Source: Candidatus Poribacteria bacterium (lineage in GTDB: Bacteria > Poribacteria > WGA-4E > PCPOR2b). From it: a stretch of 64,000 nucleotides of DNA. Where the stretch lies: positions 416,001 through 480,000 of the forward strand of contig OZ240245.1 of the NCBI GenBank assembly GCA_965198175.1. The letters run 5' to 3'. The notes under the pieces were generated by a model. That model saw only the letters and a list, made by a program, of their open reading frames with translations, was not told the DNA's origin and did not search any database. Positions 1 to 10,118 of this stretch are shown piece after piece. Made by a program: the position numbers and the translations under genes. The first letter of the stretch is position 1; each line of letters begins with the position of its first letter.

Positions 1-2
1 CA

Positions 3-377
3 AGCATGCCCCCATCAGCAGTTGCAACCGTCCATGCGGCGCTAGAAATCATCAAGTCCGAACCGGAACGGCGCCAGCGGCTTTGGCAGAATACCCGAAA
101 GATGCAAGAAGGGTTCCGATCGCTGGGATATGACATCGGTCAGTCTGACTCCCCTATTGTTCCGATTCTCACCGAAAATGACACAACAGCCTTGATACTT
201 TGGAGACGCCTACTTGATGAAGGGATTTTCACCAATCCGGTTCCAAGCGCAAGTTCTGCCGTGCCACCGGGAGGCTCCCGCCTTCGCACAAGCTATATGG
301 CAACCCATACCGACGATCACCTCGACTTTGTACTTGACAAGTTTGCGAAACTCGGCAAAGAATTGGGTATCATATAA
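3..377 (+). CDS. AONS/class II PLP aminotransferase family, probably serine palmitoyltransferase (5'-truncated by window edge)
   Basis: C-terminal fold motifs (S)MPPSAVA, SPIVPI, GIFTNPV, AVPPG-SRLRTSYMATHT; frame open to window start; followed by a ceramide-synthase-like GNAT. Confidence 0.8.
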   Translation, partial: SMPPSAVATVHAALEIIKSEPERRQRLWQNTRKMQEGFRSLGYDIGQSDSPIVPILTENDTTALILWRRLLDEGIFTNPVPSASSAVPPGGSRLRTSYMATHTDDHLDFVLDKFAKLGKELGII

Positions 378-422
378 ATACTGAAGATTGAAAGCAATCT
401 ATCCTAGTTATCAATATTCAAC

Positions 423-1601
423 ATGGAAGTTGTCGTCACTCCTGTTCAGTCGAAATCGGATCTCAAGGCATTCATTAGCTTGCCATGGCAGATATATCGT
501 GGAGATCGAAATTGGATACCGCCGCTGCGCGGAAATCTCAAGAATCGATTAAATCTGTCTAAGCATCCGTTTTTTTATTCCGCTGATGTGGCACTTTTCA
601 TTGCACGTTGTGATGGACACATCGTTGGCAGCATCGCCGCAATCAACAACCATAACCATGTTGATTTTCACAAGGAACCTGTGGGTTTCTTTGGATTCTT
701 CGAGTGTGTCCGGGACCAGGAAGTGGCGGAAGCCTTATTTTCTCACGCTGCTGATTGGTTGAAAGCCCGCAACTTGGAAATAATGCGTGGACCCATGAGT
801 TACTCAACGAATGAAGAGTGTGGTTTGCTTATTGATGGATTCGATCGCCCGCCTGTCATCATGATGCCGTATAACCCGCTCTATTATGTTAATCTCATTG
901 AGGGGTTCGGCTTCAAGAAAGCAAAAGATCTGCTCGCATACGAAATCACCGATGAAGTAGCCTTGTCTGAACGCCTGAAACATACCGTTAAATATATCGA
1001 AAGGCGAAGAAATATTACAACGCGTCGTCTCAACATAAAACAGATTGATCAGGAGGTTCAGCGCGTGAAAGAAATCTATAACTCTGCATGGGAGAGAAAC
1101 TGGGGATTCGTCCCAATGACAGATAAAGAAATCGATTACATGGCGGCGGAACTCAAACCGATTATAGATCCTGATATTGTGCGATTCGCCGAAATTGAAG
1201 GAGAGGCAGTTGCCTTTGTCCTTTCCTTACCCGACTTCTATCAGGTGCTGAAGTATGCCAATGGACGACTATTTCCGTTTGGGTTGCTCAAAATACTCTG
1301 GCATAGCGGCAAAATCTGGCCTGCCCGTGGTAAAATCGACAATATCCGCATACTGACGTTGGGTATCAAAGAAGAATATCGGCGGCAAGGGATTGATGCG
1401 CTGCTTTACTACTATTCCTATACTGAGGGTAAGAAAAAAGGTTATCGACGGGCTGAATTGTCGTGGATTTTGGAGGATAACACCCTCATGAATCGGGCGC
1501 TGGAAAACATGGGGGCGAAAGTCTATAAACGCTATCGGATTTATGACTATCCGCTGGAATCCCCAGGAATCTCTGTGGACAATTCCACAAATGGCAACTG
1601 A
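423..1601 (+). CDS. YghO-like tandem GNAT acyltransferase, candidate bacterial ceramide synthase (bCerS)
   Basis: Family motifs FISLPWQIY-D-NWIPPL, GFFGFFE, RGPMSYSTNEECGLLIDGF, MPYNP-YY, WERNWGFVP, ELSWILEDN; adjacent to Spt-like gene. Confidence 0.8.
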   Translation: MEVVVTPVQSKSDLKAFISLPWQIYRGDRNWIPPLRGNLKNRLNLSKHPFFYSADVALFIARCDGHIVGSIAAINNHNHVDFHKEPVGFFGFFECVRDQEVAEALFSHAADWLKARNLEIMRGPMSYSTNEECGLLIDGFDRPPVIMMPYNPLYYVNLIEGFGFKKAKDLLAYEITDEVALSERLKHTVKYIERRRNITTRRLNIKQIDQEVQRVKEIYNSAWERNWGFVPMTDKEIDYMAAELKPIIDPDIVRFAEIEGEAVAFVLSLPDFYQVLKYANGRLFPFGLLKILWHSGKIWPARGKIDNIRILTLGIKEEYRRQGIDALLYYYSYTEGKKKGYRRAELSWILEDNTLMNRALENMGAKVYKRYRIYDYPLESPGISVDNSTNGN

Positions 1602-1859
1602 AACAAATCATGTCAGCAGGGTCTAGATGGGGCTTCTTAGGTTAGAGTAACCCGTTGAGCGCATTCAACAAACTGGATCTCACCTCTCCGTGTTTGTGGT
1701 GGCTTACTACAGGCTCATTAACCAACTAGGCAAACCATTCGGCGTCTCGCGGTTTGTGCCAAGTATTTATTACGTTGCGTCAGATGGTTCCCACCACTCG
1801 GAAAGCTGAGCGAAAATCCTAGCGTATCGGCAGCCATCAGACAAAGGTCTGATTCGTTG

Positions 1860-4800
1860 TCACAAAATTTTAACAACGACGACCGTCATATCATCAGCGA
1901 GCTCTTTAGGTGCGGTAAATGTCCGGACATCACTCAGGATGGCATCCACCCACTCCTGCGAGAGTTTCCGCTGGACAACGAGCGTTTTTAGCAAATTCCA
2001 CATCCGAATTCTCTCGTATTCATCCTCGCTAGCGTTTCTGGCTTCTGTCAGCCCATCGCTGAAAAGCAGTAGCACATCACCCTTTTGCAACTGTATGGGT
2101 GTCCCGATATGCTCTGCGCGAAATGAACACCCGAGCGGCACGGTGCTTCTGATTTGCAACTCCAGGGGTTTGCCTTTCCTCAACAAAATCGGTTCGGGAA
2201 GCCCTGCGTTGAAATATGTCAATTTATAATCCCGAAGATTGATTTGGGCGAACGATGTCGCGACAAATGCTCTTTTGGGGAGGATTTCTTGAAGCGATTG
2301 GTGCATCTTCGCCAGTATATCGGACGGCGAACTTCCCCTGCGGCTTTCTAATTGCAGCATGCCGCTGGCGAGAAATGCCTTCGTTGCTGCTGCCATGCCG
2401 TGTCCTGTTACATCCATTAACACGATACCAAGATGCGTTTTGTCCTCGTCTAGCCAGAGGTATGTGAAGTAATCTCCACCAACTTCTGTTGCAGGTTCAC
2501 AGACTGCAGCAATTTCAAAACCCTCAATATGAGGTGCTGTTTCGGGCAAAAGAGACAGTTGCATTTCCCGTGCTGCCTTGATTTCCTCAACTGCGATACG
2601 TTGATAGACGACAACCTGCCTGCGACGTTTGAATAAGAGTATCGTCTGCATCACGAGTATACCGAGCAGAATCGCACTGCCGCCCACCGTTGGTACGAGA
2701 AAAAGAGCTGTCTTGTGGAATGGCGTCAGAACCGTGAAATTCAGAGTTGTAGGGATCGAATAGTTCAGATCGCGGTCGACCGCTTGAACCTCAAATGCAT
2801 AGTCGCCTGGCAAAAGGTTAAAATATTGGATTTCTTCTGTATTTATTGGGGGTTGCCAATCAACTTCTCTCCCGATTAGCCGGTGATAATAGCGCATCCC
2901 TGCCGGTCGGGTATTGAAGCTGATGGCGTTGAAACCGAAAACCACACGTTTGACTCCGGCGGGTAACGCGAGAAAATCAGTCGGGGCTTCGTAGACTTGG
3001 TCGTCGGCAGTAACTTTCGTTATGGTCAGCGGCAATTGAACTTTCTTCGGTCGGCTAAACCGGATTGCCCCACCGCCGAGCGTTCCGATCCAAACCGCCC
3101 CACTGCTGTCCATATACACAGATGTCACGTTGTCATTCGGTAGACCATCCCGCGAATCGATGGTTTGAAATGTTCTGCCGTCAAAGCGACTTACCCCACC
3201 GTCAAGTGTTCCAAACCACATCACGCCCCCCATATCTTGAAGAATTGCGCCGATATAGTGACTTCCAAGCCCGTCCGCAATGGTATAGGATGTCCAATTG
3301 TTCCCATCAAATCGGCTTACACCGCCGCCGTGCGTTCCGAACCACATGTCCCCTTTTCGGTCTTGGAAAATGGATAAAACCGTGTTATTTGCTAGTCCGT
3401 CCGCTGTAGTGTAAGTGATCCAATTTTCGCCATCAAATCGGCCTACGCCGTCCCCAGGTCCGATTTGTCCTCCTGTACCAAACCATATTGCCCCTTGTCG
3501 ATCTTGAAAAATTGATGAAACAGTGTTTTTGGGCAACCCATCTGCCTCTGTGATTGTTGTCCAATTCTTCCCATCGAACCGAATAACACCTGTGCCGGGT
3601 TGCATTTGACTTCCGGTCGCAAACCATATGTGACCATCCGTGTCTTCAAGGATTGCGCTTACACTGTCCACCATAAACCCATTTCGTCGCGTATAGTGTG
3701 TCCAGTGCTTTCCATCGAAGCGGCTGACACCTCCCCGCCGCTTCCCAACCCACACCGAACCTTCTTTGTCATGGAGAATCGCGCTCATAGGACCGAATTT
3801 CAAATCCTCCTCTCTGGTATAGGTTTGCCAATTTTCGCCATCAAATCGACTGATGCCGCCGAACGTCCCGAACCACATTGCACCGCTTTCATCTTGTCGG
3901 ATGGCATGTACTTTGTCGCTCGGCAAACCGTCCTTTTGCGTGTAGACAGTCCAGCTTCTCGTATCTAACCGACTGACACCGCCACCGAGCGTGCCAAACC
4001 ATATGGCTCCCTCTCTGTCTTGCATGAGTGCAAACACAGAGTTGCTAGCTAACCCATCTTCGGTTGTGTATGTTTCCCACTTTTCACCGTCGTACCGAGA
4101 AACGCCACCGGTTTCGGTTCCGAACCACAACGCTCCCGTGTCGTCCTCCATCATAGTATGGACGACATTACCAGCCAATCCATCGTTGCTGGTAATCGCG
4201 GTCCATTTTTCACCGTCAAATCGCTTAACGCCCCCACCGATGGTCCCGACCCAAATAGCGCCAGATTGGGTTTCAAGGAGCGCGGTTATGCGGTGGATTT
4301 CGCCATCTTGTTTCTCTTGAGAGGATAGAGTATAAGGGCCAGTTCGAGAAATTCTAGTCCAGTTCTCCCCATCAAAACGATTGAGTCCATGAATCGTTCC
4401 GACCCAGATGTTACCTTCTTTGTCTTGAAGAAGGGCTGTTACCCAACGATACCGATTGGCTCGGTCAACGGTGCGCCACTCTCGCCCGGCATATCGAAGA
4501 AGTCCACGTCGTGTTCCTACCCAGATAACACCTTCTCGATCAATAAGAAGAGCCGTCACTTCTCCAGATTTTCTATTCAAGACATCCTCGAAGGTAACAC
4601 AGCGCCACTGTTTCCCGTCATAACGACTAAGTCCACGATTCGTAGCGGCCCAGATAGCGCCAGTTCGATCTTGCAGAAGCGTGTGAACCGTGGCGCCGGC
4701 AAGCCCATCCTTTTCTGTGTAGCCGATCCAATTTCTCCCATCAAACCGACTCATGCCATCTTGTGTTCCAAACCAGATCGCGCCGTCAGTGGTTTGTAGG

Positions 4801-5006
4801 GCGGAAAACACGGCGTTGTTCGCCAGTCCATCGATATGTCGGTAGGTTCTCCATATACCTACGGTTCGATTTTCCCGTGTGGTGTTCTGTTGCCCTTTCG
4901 CGTCTTGAGACAAGACGCTAAGCATGAGGATGGTCAACACACCGATAGGGGTGCCGTACTGCGCGATTTGATATCTCCAATGGAATTTAACGGATATTGG
5001 TTTCAT
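1860..5006 (-). CDS. Membrane sensor phosphatase: Reg_prop beta-propeller repeats + Y_Y_Y domain + TM + SpoIIE/PP2C
   Basis: Many DGL-x-N-V...D-x-x-G-x-WFGT-x-GG-VSRFDG repeats; YFNLLPGDYAFEVQAVD; TM segment; VGGDYF, DVTGHG, FSDGLTEA, DDMT PP2C motifs. Confidence 0.92.
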   Translation of the reverse strand: MKPISVKFHWRYQIAQYGTPIGVLTILMLSVLSQDAKGQQNTTRENRTVGIWRTYRHIDGLANNAVFSALQTTDGAIWFGTQDGMSRFDGRNWIGYTEKDGLAGATVHTLLQDRTGAIWAATNRGLSRYDGKQWRCVTFEDVLNRKSGEVTALLIDREGVIWVGTRRGLLRYAGREWRTVDRANRYRWVTALLQDKEGNIWVGTIHGLNRFDGENWTRISRTGPYTLSSQEKQDGEIHRITALLETQSGAIWVGTIGGGVKRFDGEKWTAITSNDGLAGNVVHTMMEDDTGALWFGTETGGVSRYDGEKWETYTTEDGLASNSVFALMQDREGAIWFGTLGGGVSRLDTRSWTVYTQKDGLPSDKVHAIRQDESGAMWFGTFGGISRFDGENWQTYTREEDLKFGPMSAILHDKEGSVWVGKRRGGVSRFDGKHWTHYTRRNGFMVDSVSAILEDTDGHIWFATGSQMQPGTGVIRFDGKNWTTITEADGLPKNTVSSIFQDRQGAIWFGTGGQIGPGDGVGRFDGENWITYTTADGLANNTVLSIFQDRKGDMWFGTHGGGVSRFDGNNWTSYTIADGLGSHYIGAILQDMGGVMWFGTLDGGVSRFDGRTFQTIDSRDGLPNDNVTSVYMDSSGAVWIGTLGGGAIRFSRPKKVQLPLTITKVTADDQVYEAPTDFLALPAGVKRVVFGFNAISFNTRPAGMRYYHRLIGREVDWQPPINTEEIQYFNLLPGDYAFEVQAVDRDLNYSIPTTLNFTVLTPFHKTALFLVPTVGGSAILLGILVMQTILLFKRRRQVVVYQRIAVEEIKAAREMQLSLLPETAPHIEGFEIAAVCEPATEVGGDYFTYLWLDEDKTHLGIVLMDVTGHGMAAATKAFLASGMLQLESRRGSSPSDILAKMHQSLQEILPKRAFVATSFAQINLRDYKLTYFNAGLPEPILLRKGKPLELQIRSTVPLGCSFRAEHIGTPIQLQKGDVLLLFSDGLTEARNASEDEYERIRMWNLLKTLVVQRKLSQEWVDAILSDVRTFTAPKELADDMTVVVVKIL

Positions 5007-5245
5007 GTACTCCTACAGTGTGAGCGTCTTAGGGATTGACTACGGGCAAGTCCGAACCCCATTTCACACTTAGACCCGATGGACGTCTGATCGGGAGGAA
5101 ATCGGCGGAGATGGAAAGATCTCAACACATTTTTCGATGGTCATAGCTGTTAAGAATGTTCTATAATAATGTAGTTGGCTCGGTATTTCAAGAGAAATTT
5201 ATTCAAAACTGTCCAAAGTATTGGTTAAGAGCAGGGAGTTCAACA

Positions 5246-8047
5246 ATGAATTGGAATGAAGTATTATTGATCGCAATCGTGGCGATTGCGGTTGGCGCGC
5301 TTGCCGCTTCAAACCTGTGGGCCTCGCTTGCAATTAGCGGCTCAGACAGCGAGGTGGCAAAGACCACAATAACCGTCGATAATTCCGGCAAGACTGTCTT
5401 TGTTATGTGGACGACCAGGGACTGCTTTCCGCCTCAGCAGCAATGGGGCCTGCACCTGCGTTTCAATTCGTCCTCCGATGGTGGAACCAATTGGAAGGGT
5501 CCTCCAGTAGACTTCACACACAATTCCCCCGTTGATTCCAGCGATGTCCTGCCTCAACCGGCTTTCGATGCCCAGAAGAAGCTTCATCTGCTTTGGTCTC
5601 GCGGCAACGATAAAATGTCGCCCTACTACGCCTCTTCACTTGACTTGGGGCTTTCTTGGAGCGATCCGAAGACAATTGGCTTGGAGGGATACGGATGGGT
5701 ACAACTAAATGGTCTTGGTCTGTCGGTAAGCGAGGACGGGAGGAATCTCTGGGCATTCCATAACGACGCCGACTGGACTGCAAACGATTGCGGCTCTAGC
5801 GACGGGGGGTTGACCTGGAGGCAACTCGGAAGGCACATAGCCACAGGCAGCGACATTGACGGCGGTAACCCGATCCAAAGCTATTGCTCTGATGCTATTA
5901 TCGTGGGTGATTACCGGTACGTTTTGCGAAAGCGAAACAATCACCTAAACGTTGTGACCTTCGATGGCAAAAAATGGTCGTCCTCGACTCCCACACCGGT
6001 CAAGAGCCCTCTGTCTCTGGCAGACAATCACACCATAGTCGCGGACAGCGAAGGCGCAATCTATATTGTCTTTAGTGACGCAGGCGAGATTTATTGCATG
6101 CGTTCTGCGGATAGCAGCGTTACTTGGGAAGATAAAGTGCGTGTGGACGATGATTCCAGAGGCCAACACCTTCTGCCGGTGATTGGGATAATGGCAGATG
6201 GGACCTTGGCCGTTGCCTGGCAGGACGGCCGCGAAGCTGTCTCTGCGATTCGCTATGCGACATCGAAAGATGCCGGCAAAACCTGGGGCGCCAGTGAGGT
6301 CCTCTCGCCTACGGCAAAGAACCAGACGGCTCCGGACATGTATATAGTCAACGAAACCTTGTACTTCAGCTACACTGATGACGGCAGGGCCTTTTTCGCA
6401 CGGATTCCGGCCGTACCACCTCTTGATACCTCGAACCTCTTTCCGAATTCCGGATTTGATGTCTTTGGTACGGAATTTGACGGAAGGCTCCCGGCTGGCT
6501 GGAGTTTTGATTCCTGGAACCAGGAATTCATGAAAGAAAAGTTCGGCAAAGTTTCTCCTGGGCGGAATGGAGAAGGGTTCTGTTTAGAGCTGCAGCAGGG
6601 ATCGCCAGCGGGGCCCCTTACAATCCGCAGCCAGCCAGTGCCCGTGACAGCTGATACTGCATATGTTTTCAAGGGGTACTATGCCTCAGTGTGCCAGGGA
6701 AAGATGTTGGTTGTGGGACGGTGGCTCGACACAGCTGGAAAGACAGTCGGGAGTTTTGAGGTAAAACTCCCTGATACGCAGGATGACTGGATTGCGTTTT
6801 TCGACGAGGTCTATAGCCCGGTTAACGCAGCACAGTTGCAGATAGTGATTACAAAAGAGTGGTGGGACGGTTCTGTGCGATTCGACGACTTTTCCCTGCG
6901 CAGAGGTGTTCTACGGGACTATGCATCGGAATTTTCCCTGCCACCACTGAGACCTGCCGAATTGCGTTTTCCTATCTACGGTCTTTTGACCAGCGGCCCG
7001 GGCCTCGACGGAGAATGGGAGGCTGAATGCGCCATGGCCAACTTCAGCGTCGGTTCATGGCAATCAAAATATGGGTTGCGAAGGCGTATTTCTGCGGTCT
7101 GGGCTTCCACTTGGCATGACTCCGAACTGGTCACAGCCAATGAAGATTCTGAGGTTTATGATATCCCCGGCCACGATGAACCGGGAAAGTGGCAGTATAT
7201 AGACCTCGCAGAGAAAAGCCGTCGATTCAGGCGACTTGCGCCTTCCAAACCTTTTGTAGTGAATCTGCTTCCATGCTATGGGCCATATTCCCCCTATCCG
7301 GTCTACCGAGACTACGTCCGATCGTTTATTGAAACCGTCGAGCCGTCTCTGTTTACTTATGACAACTATGCGCTGGGAGGCGAATTTCCAGCCTACGGCG
7401 GGCATTTCTTCGCCAATTTTGAAATCGTGCGCCAAGAAGCCCTGAGAGCAAATGTCTACTTTGGCTTTATCGGTTCAGTGGTTGCGTTTCATAGCATTCG
7501 CAGCCCGAGTGAGGCGGAGCTTCGCTGGCAGGCTTATAGCGCTTTGGCTTATGGCGCCCGAGCCTTGGGTTGGTTCACCTACAATACGGAGGTCGAGTAT
7601 GGCGGTCATAATTGGCGAGATGCCGTTATAGAAAGGGACGGAAGCCGATCCCGGCACTATTCTATGCTGCGCCGGGTGAACGGGGAGATACTCAATCTGG
7701 GCGACTCCTTGCTGCGGTTGAAATCCACGGGCGTCTTTCATACCAAGCCCTTGCCGGAACTGACTCGAGATGCGTCAAAATCCAAGCTAATAAGTTCAAT
7801 TAGCGCGGGACAGTGGGTTGTAGGCGAGTTCGTGGATGGTTCAGGTCAGAGCTATTTCATGTTGGTCAACCGCGACTTCACGAAGGAGCAGAAAGCGGTC
7901 ATTACATTCAACGGCAAGCCCAAAGGTCTGTTCGAAATTAATAAGACCGATGGCGCACAGACGCCGGTCAAGGGCTTTAGCACGCCAACCCGATCAGTAA
8001 CTTTGACGGTATCTGCCGGGGATGGGAGCCTGTTTCTCCTTAAGTAG
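5246..8047 (+). CDS. Exported multi-domain glycosidase-like protein: BNR/Asp-box propeller + CBM4/9-like + clan GH-A-like barrel
   Basis: Signal-like N-terminus after GGGAG RBS (ATG 5246); five Asp-boxes (SSDGGTNW, SLDLGLSW, SSDGGLTW, SADSSVTW, SKDAGKTW); NLFPNSGFD CBM start; HDEPG, YDNY, PSEAELRWQAYSALAYGARALGWFTY. Confidence 0.75.
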   Translation: MNWNEVLLIAIVAIAVGALAASNLWASLAISGSDSEVAKTTITVDNSGKTVFVMWTTRDCFPPQQQWGLHLRFNSSSDGGTNWKGPPVDFTHNSPVDSSDVLPQPAFDAQKKLHLLWSRGNDKMSPYYASSLDLGLSWSDPKTIGLEGYGWVQLNGLGLSVSEDGRNLWAFHNDADWTANDCGSSDGGLTWRQLGRHIATGSDIDGGNPIQSYCSDAIIVGDYRYVLRKRNNHLNVVTFDGKKWSSSTPTPVKSPLSLADNHTIVADSEGAIYIVFSDAGEIYCMRSADSSVTWEDKVRVDDDSRGQHLLPVIGIMADGTLAVAWQDGREAVSAIRYATSKDAGKTWGASEVLSPTAKNQTAPDMYIVNETLYFSYTDDGRAFFARIPAVPPLDTSNLFPNSGFDVFGTEFDGRLPAGWSFDSWNQEFMKEKFGKVSPGRNGEGFCLELQQGSPAGPLTIRSQPVPVTADTAYVFKGYYASVCQGKMLVVGRWLDTAGKTVGSFEVKLPDTQDDWIAFFDEVYSPVNAAQLQIVITKEWWDGSVRFDDFSLRRGVLRDYASEFSLPPLRPAELRFPIYGLLTSGPGLDGEWEAECAMANFSVGSWQSKYGLRRRISAVWASTWHDSELVTANEDSEVYDIPGHDEPGKWQYIDLAEKSRRFRRLAPSKPFVVNLLPCYGPYSPYPVYRDYVRSFIETVEPSLFTYDNYALGGEFPAYGGHFFANFEIVRQEALRANVYFGFIGSVVAFHSIRSPSEAELRWQAYSALAYGARALGWFTYNTEVEYGGHNWRDAVIERDGSRSRHYSMLRRVNGEILNLGDSLLRLKSTGVFHTKPLPELTRDASKSKLISSISAGQWVVGEFVDGSGQSYFMLVNRDFTKEQKAVITFNGKPKGLFEINKTDGAQTPVKGFSTPTRSVTLTVSAGDGSLFLLK

Positions 8048-8205
8048 TAGCCAAAGGCTGAAATAAGGCATTGGTACGCCAACAATTGGAATCCCAAAGG
8101 AACCGTCCCGAAAGTGGGTGTTAATGATGTAGCGGATTTGTTCGCAATGCTTAAGCTTCGAAACCTTCGAAAGAATTTGACCAATACGGATTTAAAGAAT
8201 AGTCC

Positions 8206-8751
8206 CTAGGCTTCACCGATACGTGCTAAACCACATTCCCAATCACAATCCAAACAGAAGCTCACACCCTTCGTGAGATTCTGGATTTTGCCACCGCAGT
8301 CTGGGCAAGTGGAACTTTCCGATGCGTTCGAGACAGTAAATACCTGGTGTTCTGAAGTTGGAGAAGATTGGTTCAGGGTTTCCATCAGAAGATGCGTACA
8401 CTCGTAGATGTGCCGGTTGCACTCCGGACAGCGATAGAAGAAGTTGGAGTGCAAGCCGGTAATATCTGGCGAGATGATGCATTGCAACGCATAGGTTACC
8501 GTGTTGTGGCGCACAAGACGTGCTTTCCCCGACCCTTCAATGGCAATCGCATCCCATTCGCTGAGATGGCGCTCTAGTTGAATGACGAGTTCGTCAATTC
8601 GATAGGCAGCGGCTGCCCACGGCTGCTCGGTAATTCCGAAGATTGCACTCGTCCGCTGCGGCGCAATCTGTTCAAAAACGCGACCACCAGCGAGTAATTT
8701 TGCCGGTAAAAAACCATCTTGAATGGAAAAATGATTCTCAGTCAAATGCAT
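8206..8751 (-). CDS. Hypothetical protein with zinc-ribbon motifs (possibly degraded)
   Basis: CPEC..C, CPDCGG...CLDC motifs; start uncertain. Confidence 0.45.
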   Translation of the reverse strand: MHLTENHFSIQDGFLPAKLLAGGRVFEQIAPQRTSAIFGITEQPWAAAAYRIDELVIQLERHLSEWDAIAIEGSGKARLVRHNTVTYALQCIISPDITGLHSNFFYRCPECNRHIYECTHLLMETLNQSSPTSEHQVFTVSNASESSTCPDCGGKIQNLTKGVSFCLDCDWECGLARIGEA

Positions 8752-8955
8752 TGAAATAGCCTCTTTTGCGCGATACGGTCACACTCAAATGTGATGCATT
8801 CAGGCTGCTAATTCCTTATACTCGTCATCTCCTCAACCAACCATTTTCGAACGTCATGGTCTGATTCACTCGACATTGCGAGTTTTTCCCTTGTTCCCTT
8901 TCATGTTGGGTTACCGTTAGTAATTATGTGCAGGTGATGTGTTTTCGTACCTAAC

Positions 8956-9753
8956 CTAATATCCCAATTTTCGAAGATATTCCCGATTCACATCTAGTCT
9001 CTCTGCATCGGAGCGATTCTCGACTTGACCGGGGCATACCGTCACCCAGCGGCTATAGTCAATCTCCGCTAAGGTTTTCATAATTGAAGGAAAATCAATT
9101 GTCTTTCCACCGCCGATATCAATCCAATCGACTTCATAAGCGGTATCACCTCCACCGGAAGCGTGGCTGTAATCCTGAAGGTGGACATAGATTAACTCAT
9201 CCTTATACCGGCGTATCGCCTCAACAGGGGCACATCCCCATAACGCAGCATGTGACACATCAATACACAGCTTGCATTTCCGGAGCAGACTCATATATTT
9301 TGCCCAGTCCTGAATCGAATCGACAGTTGTGTTCGTGTGGATGTGGTAACAGACCTCCAAACTATACTGGGCAGCGTATTCCGCCCACTCTTCGGAAATG
9401 TCTGCCAGCGCAGCAATGTCCGAATTATTCACGGGGCGATCCTTGGGCTTGTCAGCGCCCATGAACATGAAACAATCCGCTCCAACTTCAGCGGCGAATT
9501 CAATCCGTCGTTTATTAATCTCGATTTGGTGCCAATCTTTATCAATTGGCAGTCCGTGTGCAGTTACCACAGCGACAGGCAAATCGACATTGTCGCAAAT
9601 CTGTCTGACTCGTTTGGGTGTGCCAAGCCAATCGAGTGATTGTCTCAGTTCCCACCCATGCCACCCTGCTTCCTTAATCTGAGTTAGAAGCAACTCAAGA
9701 TTCGGTGTTTGCCATCGCAAAGTGCTATATCCAAGTTTGAAACCCATGCACAA
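8956..9753 (-). CDS. Sugar phosphate isomerase/epimerase (xylose isomerase-like TIM barrel, IolE-like)
   Basis: AGWHGWE, YHIH, CIDVSH, YVHLQD, IGGGKTIDF motifs. Confidence 0.85.
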   Translation of the reverse strand: MCMGFKLGYSTLRWQTPNLELLLTQIKEAGWHGWELRQSLDWLGTPKRVRQICDNVDLPVAVVTAHGLPIDKDWHQIEINKRRIEFAAEVGADCFMFMGADKPKDRPVNNSDIAALADISEEWAEYAAQYSLEVCYHIHTNTTVDSIQDWAKYMSLLRKCKLCIDVSHAALWGCAPVEAIRRYKDELIYVHLQDYSHASGGGDTAYEVDWIDIGGGKTIDFPSIMKTLAEIDYSRWVTVCPGQVENRSDAERLDVNREYLRKLGY

Positions 9754-9891
9754 TCTCCTATTGAATGGGGAAAAGCAGAAATCAGAAAATGAAAGGAATT
9801 TTCTACCTTATTACAATCGCTATAGCTTGTCAAGTAATTTATCAGGAACAGCATGAAAATATGTATGTTCGGTGTTTAGGAAATTTGTTCC

Positions 9892-9921
9892 TTGACGAAC
9901 ATAGGGTTAGTGTGAGATAAT
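9892..9921 (+). promoter_or_regulatory. Putative sigma70 promoter upstream of tpiA
   Basis: TTGACG-18 nt-GATAAT with TG extended -10. Confidence 0.45.
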
Positions 9922-10118
9922 TTAACTGCAGTCGAAAAATTGGTTCAAGCTTCGGCGACTCTTAGCATTCAATATCTCAAGGGGGATTTATCATAGCGAT
10001 TGCACATGTTCAACCGAAAGTTTTTGATGACGAATCCCCAACAAAAAAATGGGAGAATTGCTTAATAAATCTTAGTGCTGACTGCTGAAGAGTAAGAAAC
10101 TATTAATAGCTTGGAGAT

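Noticed and set aside
3000..4850. Periodic DNA repeats (~130 bp)
   Set aside because: Explained by the protein's propeller repeats, not a nucleic-acid array
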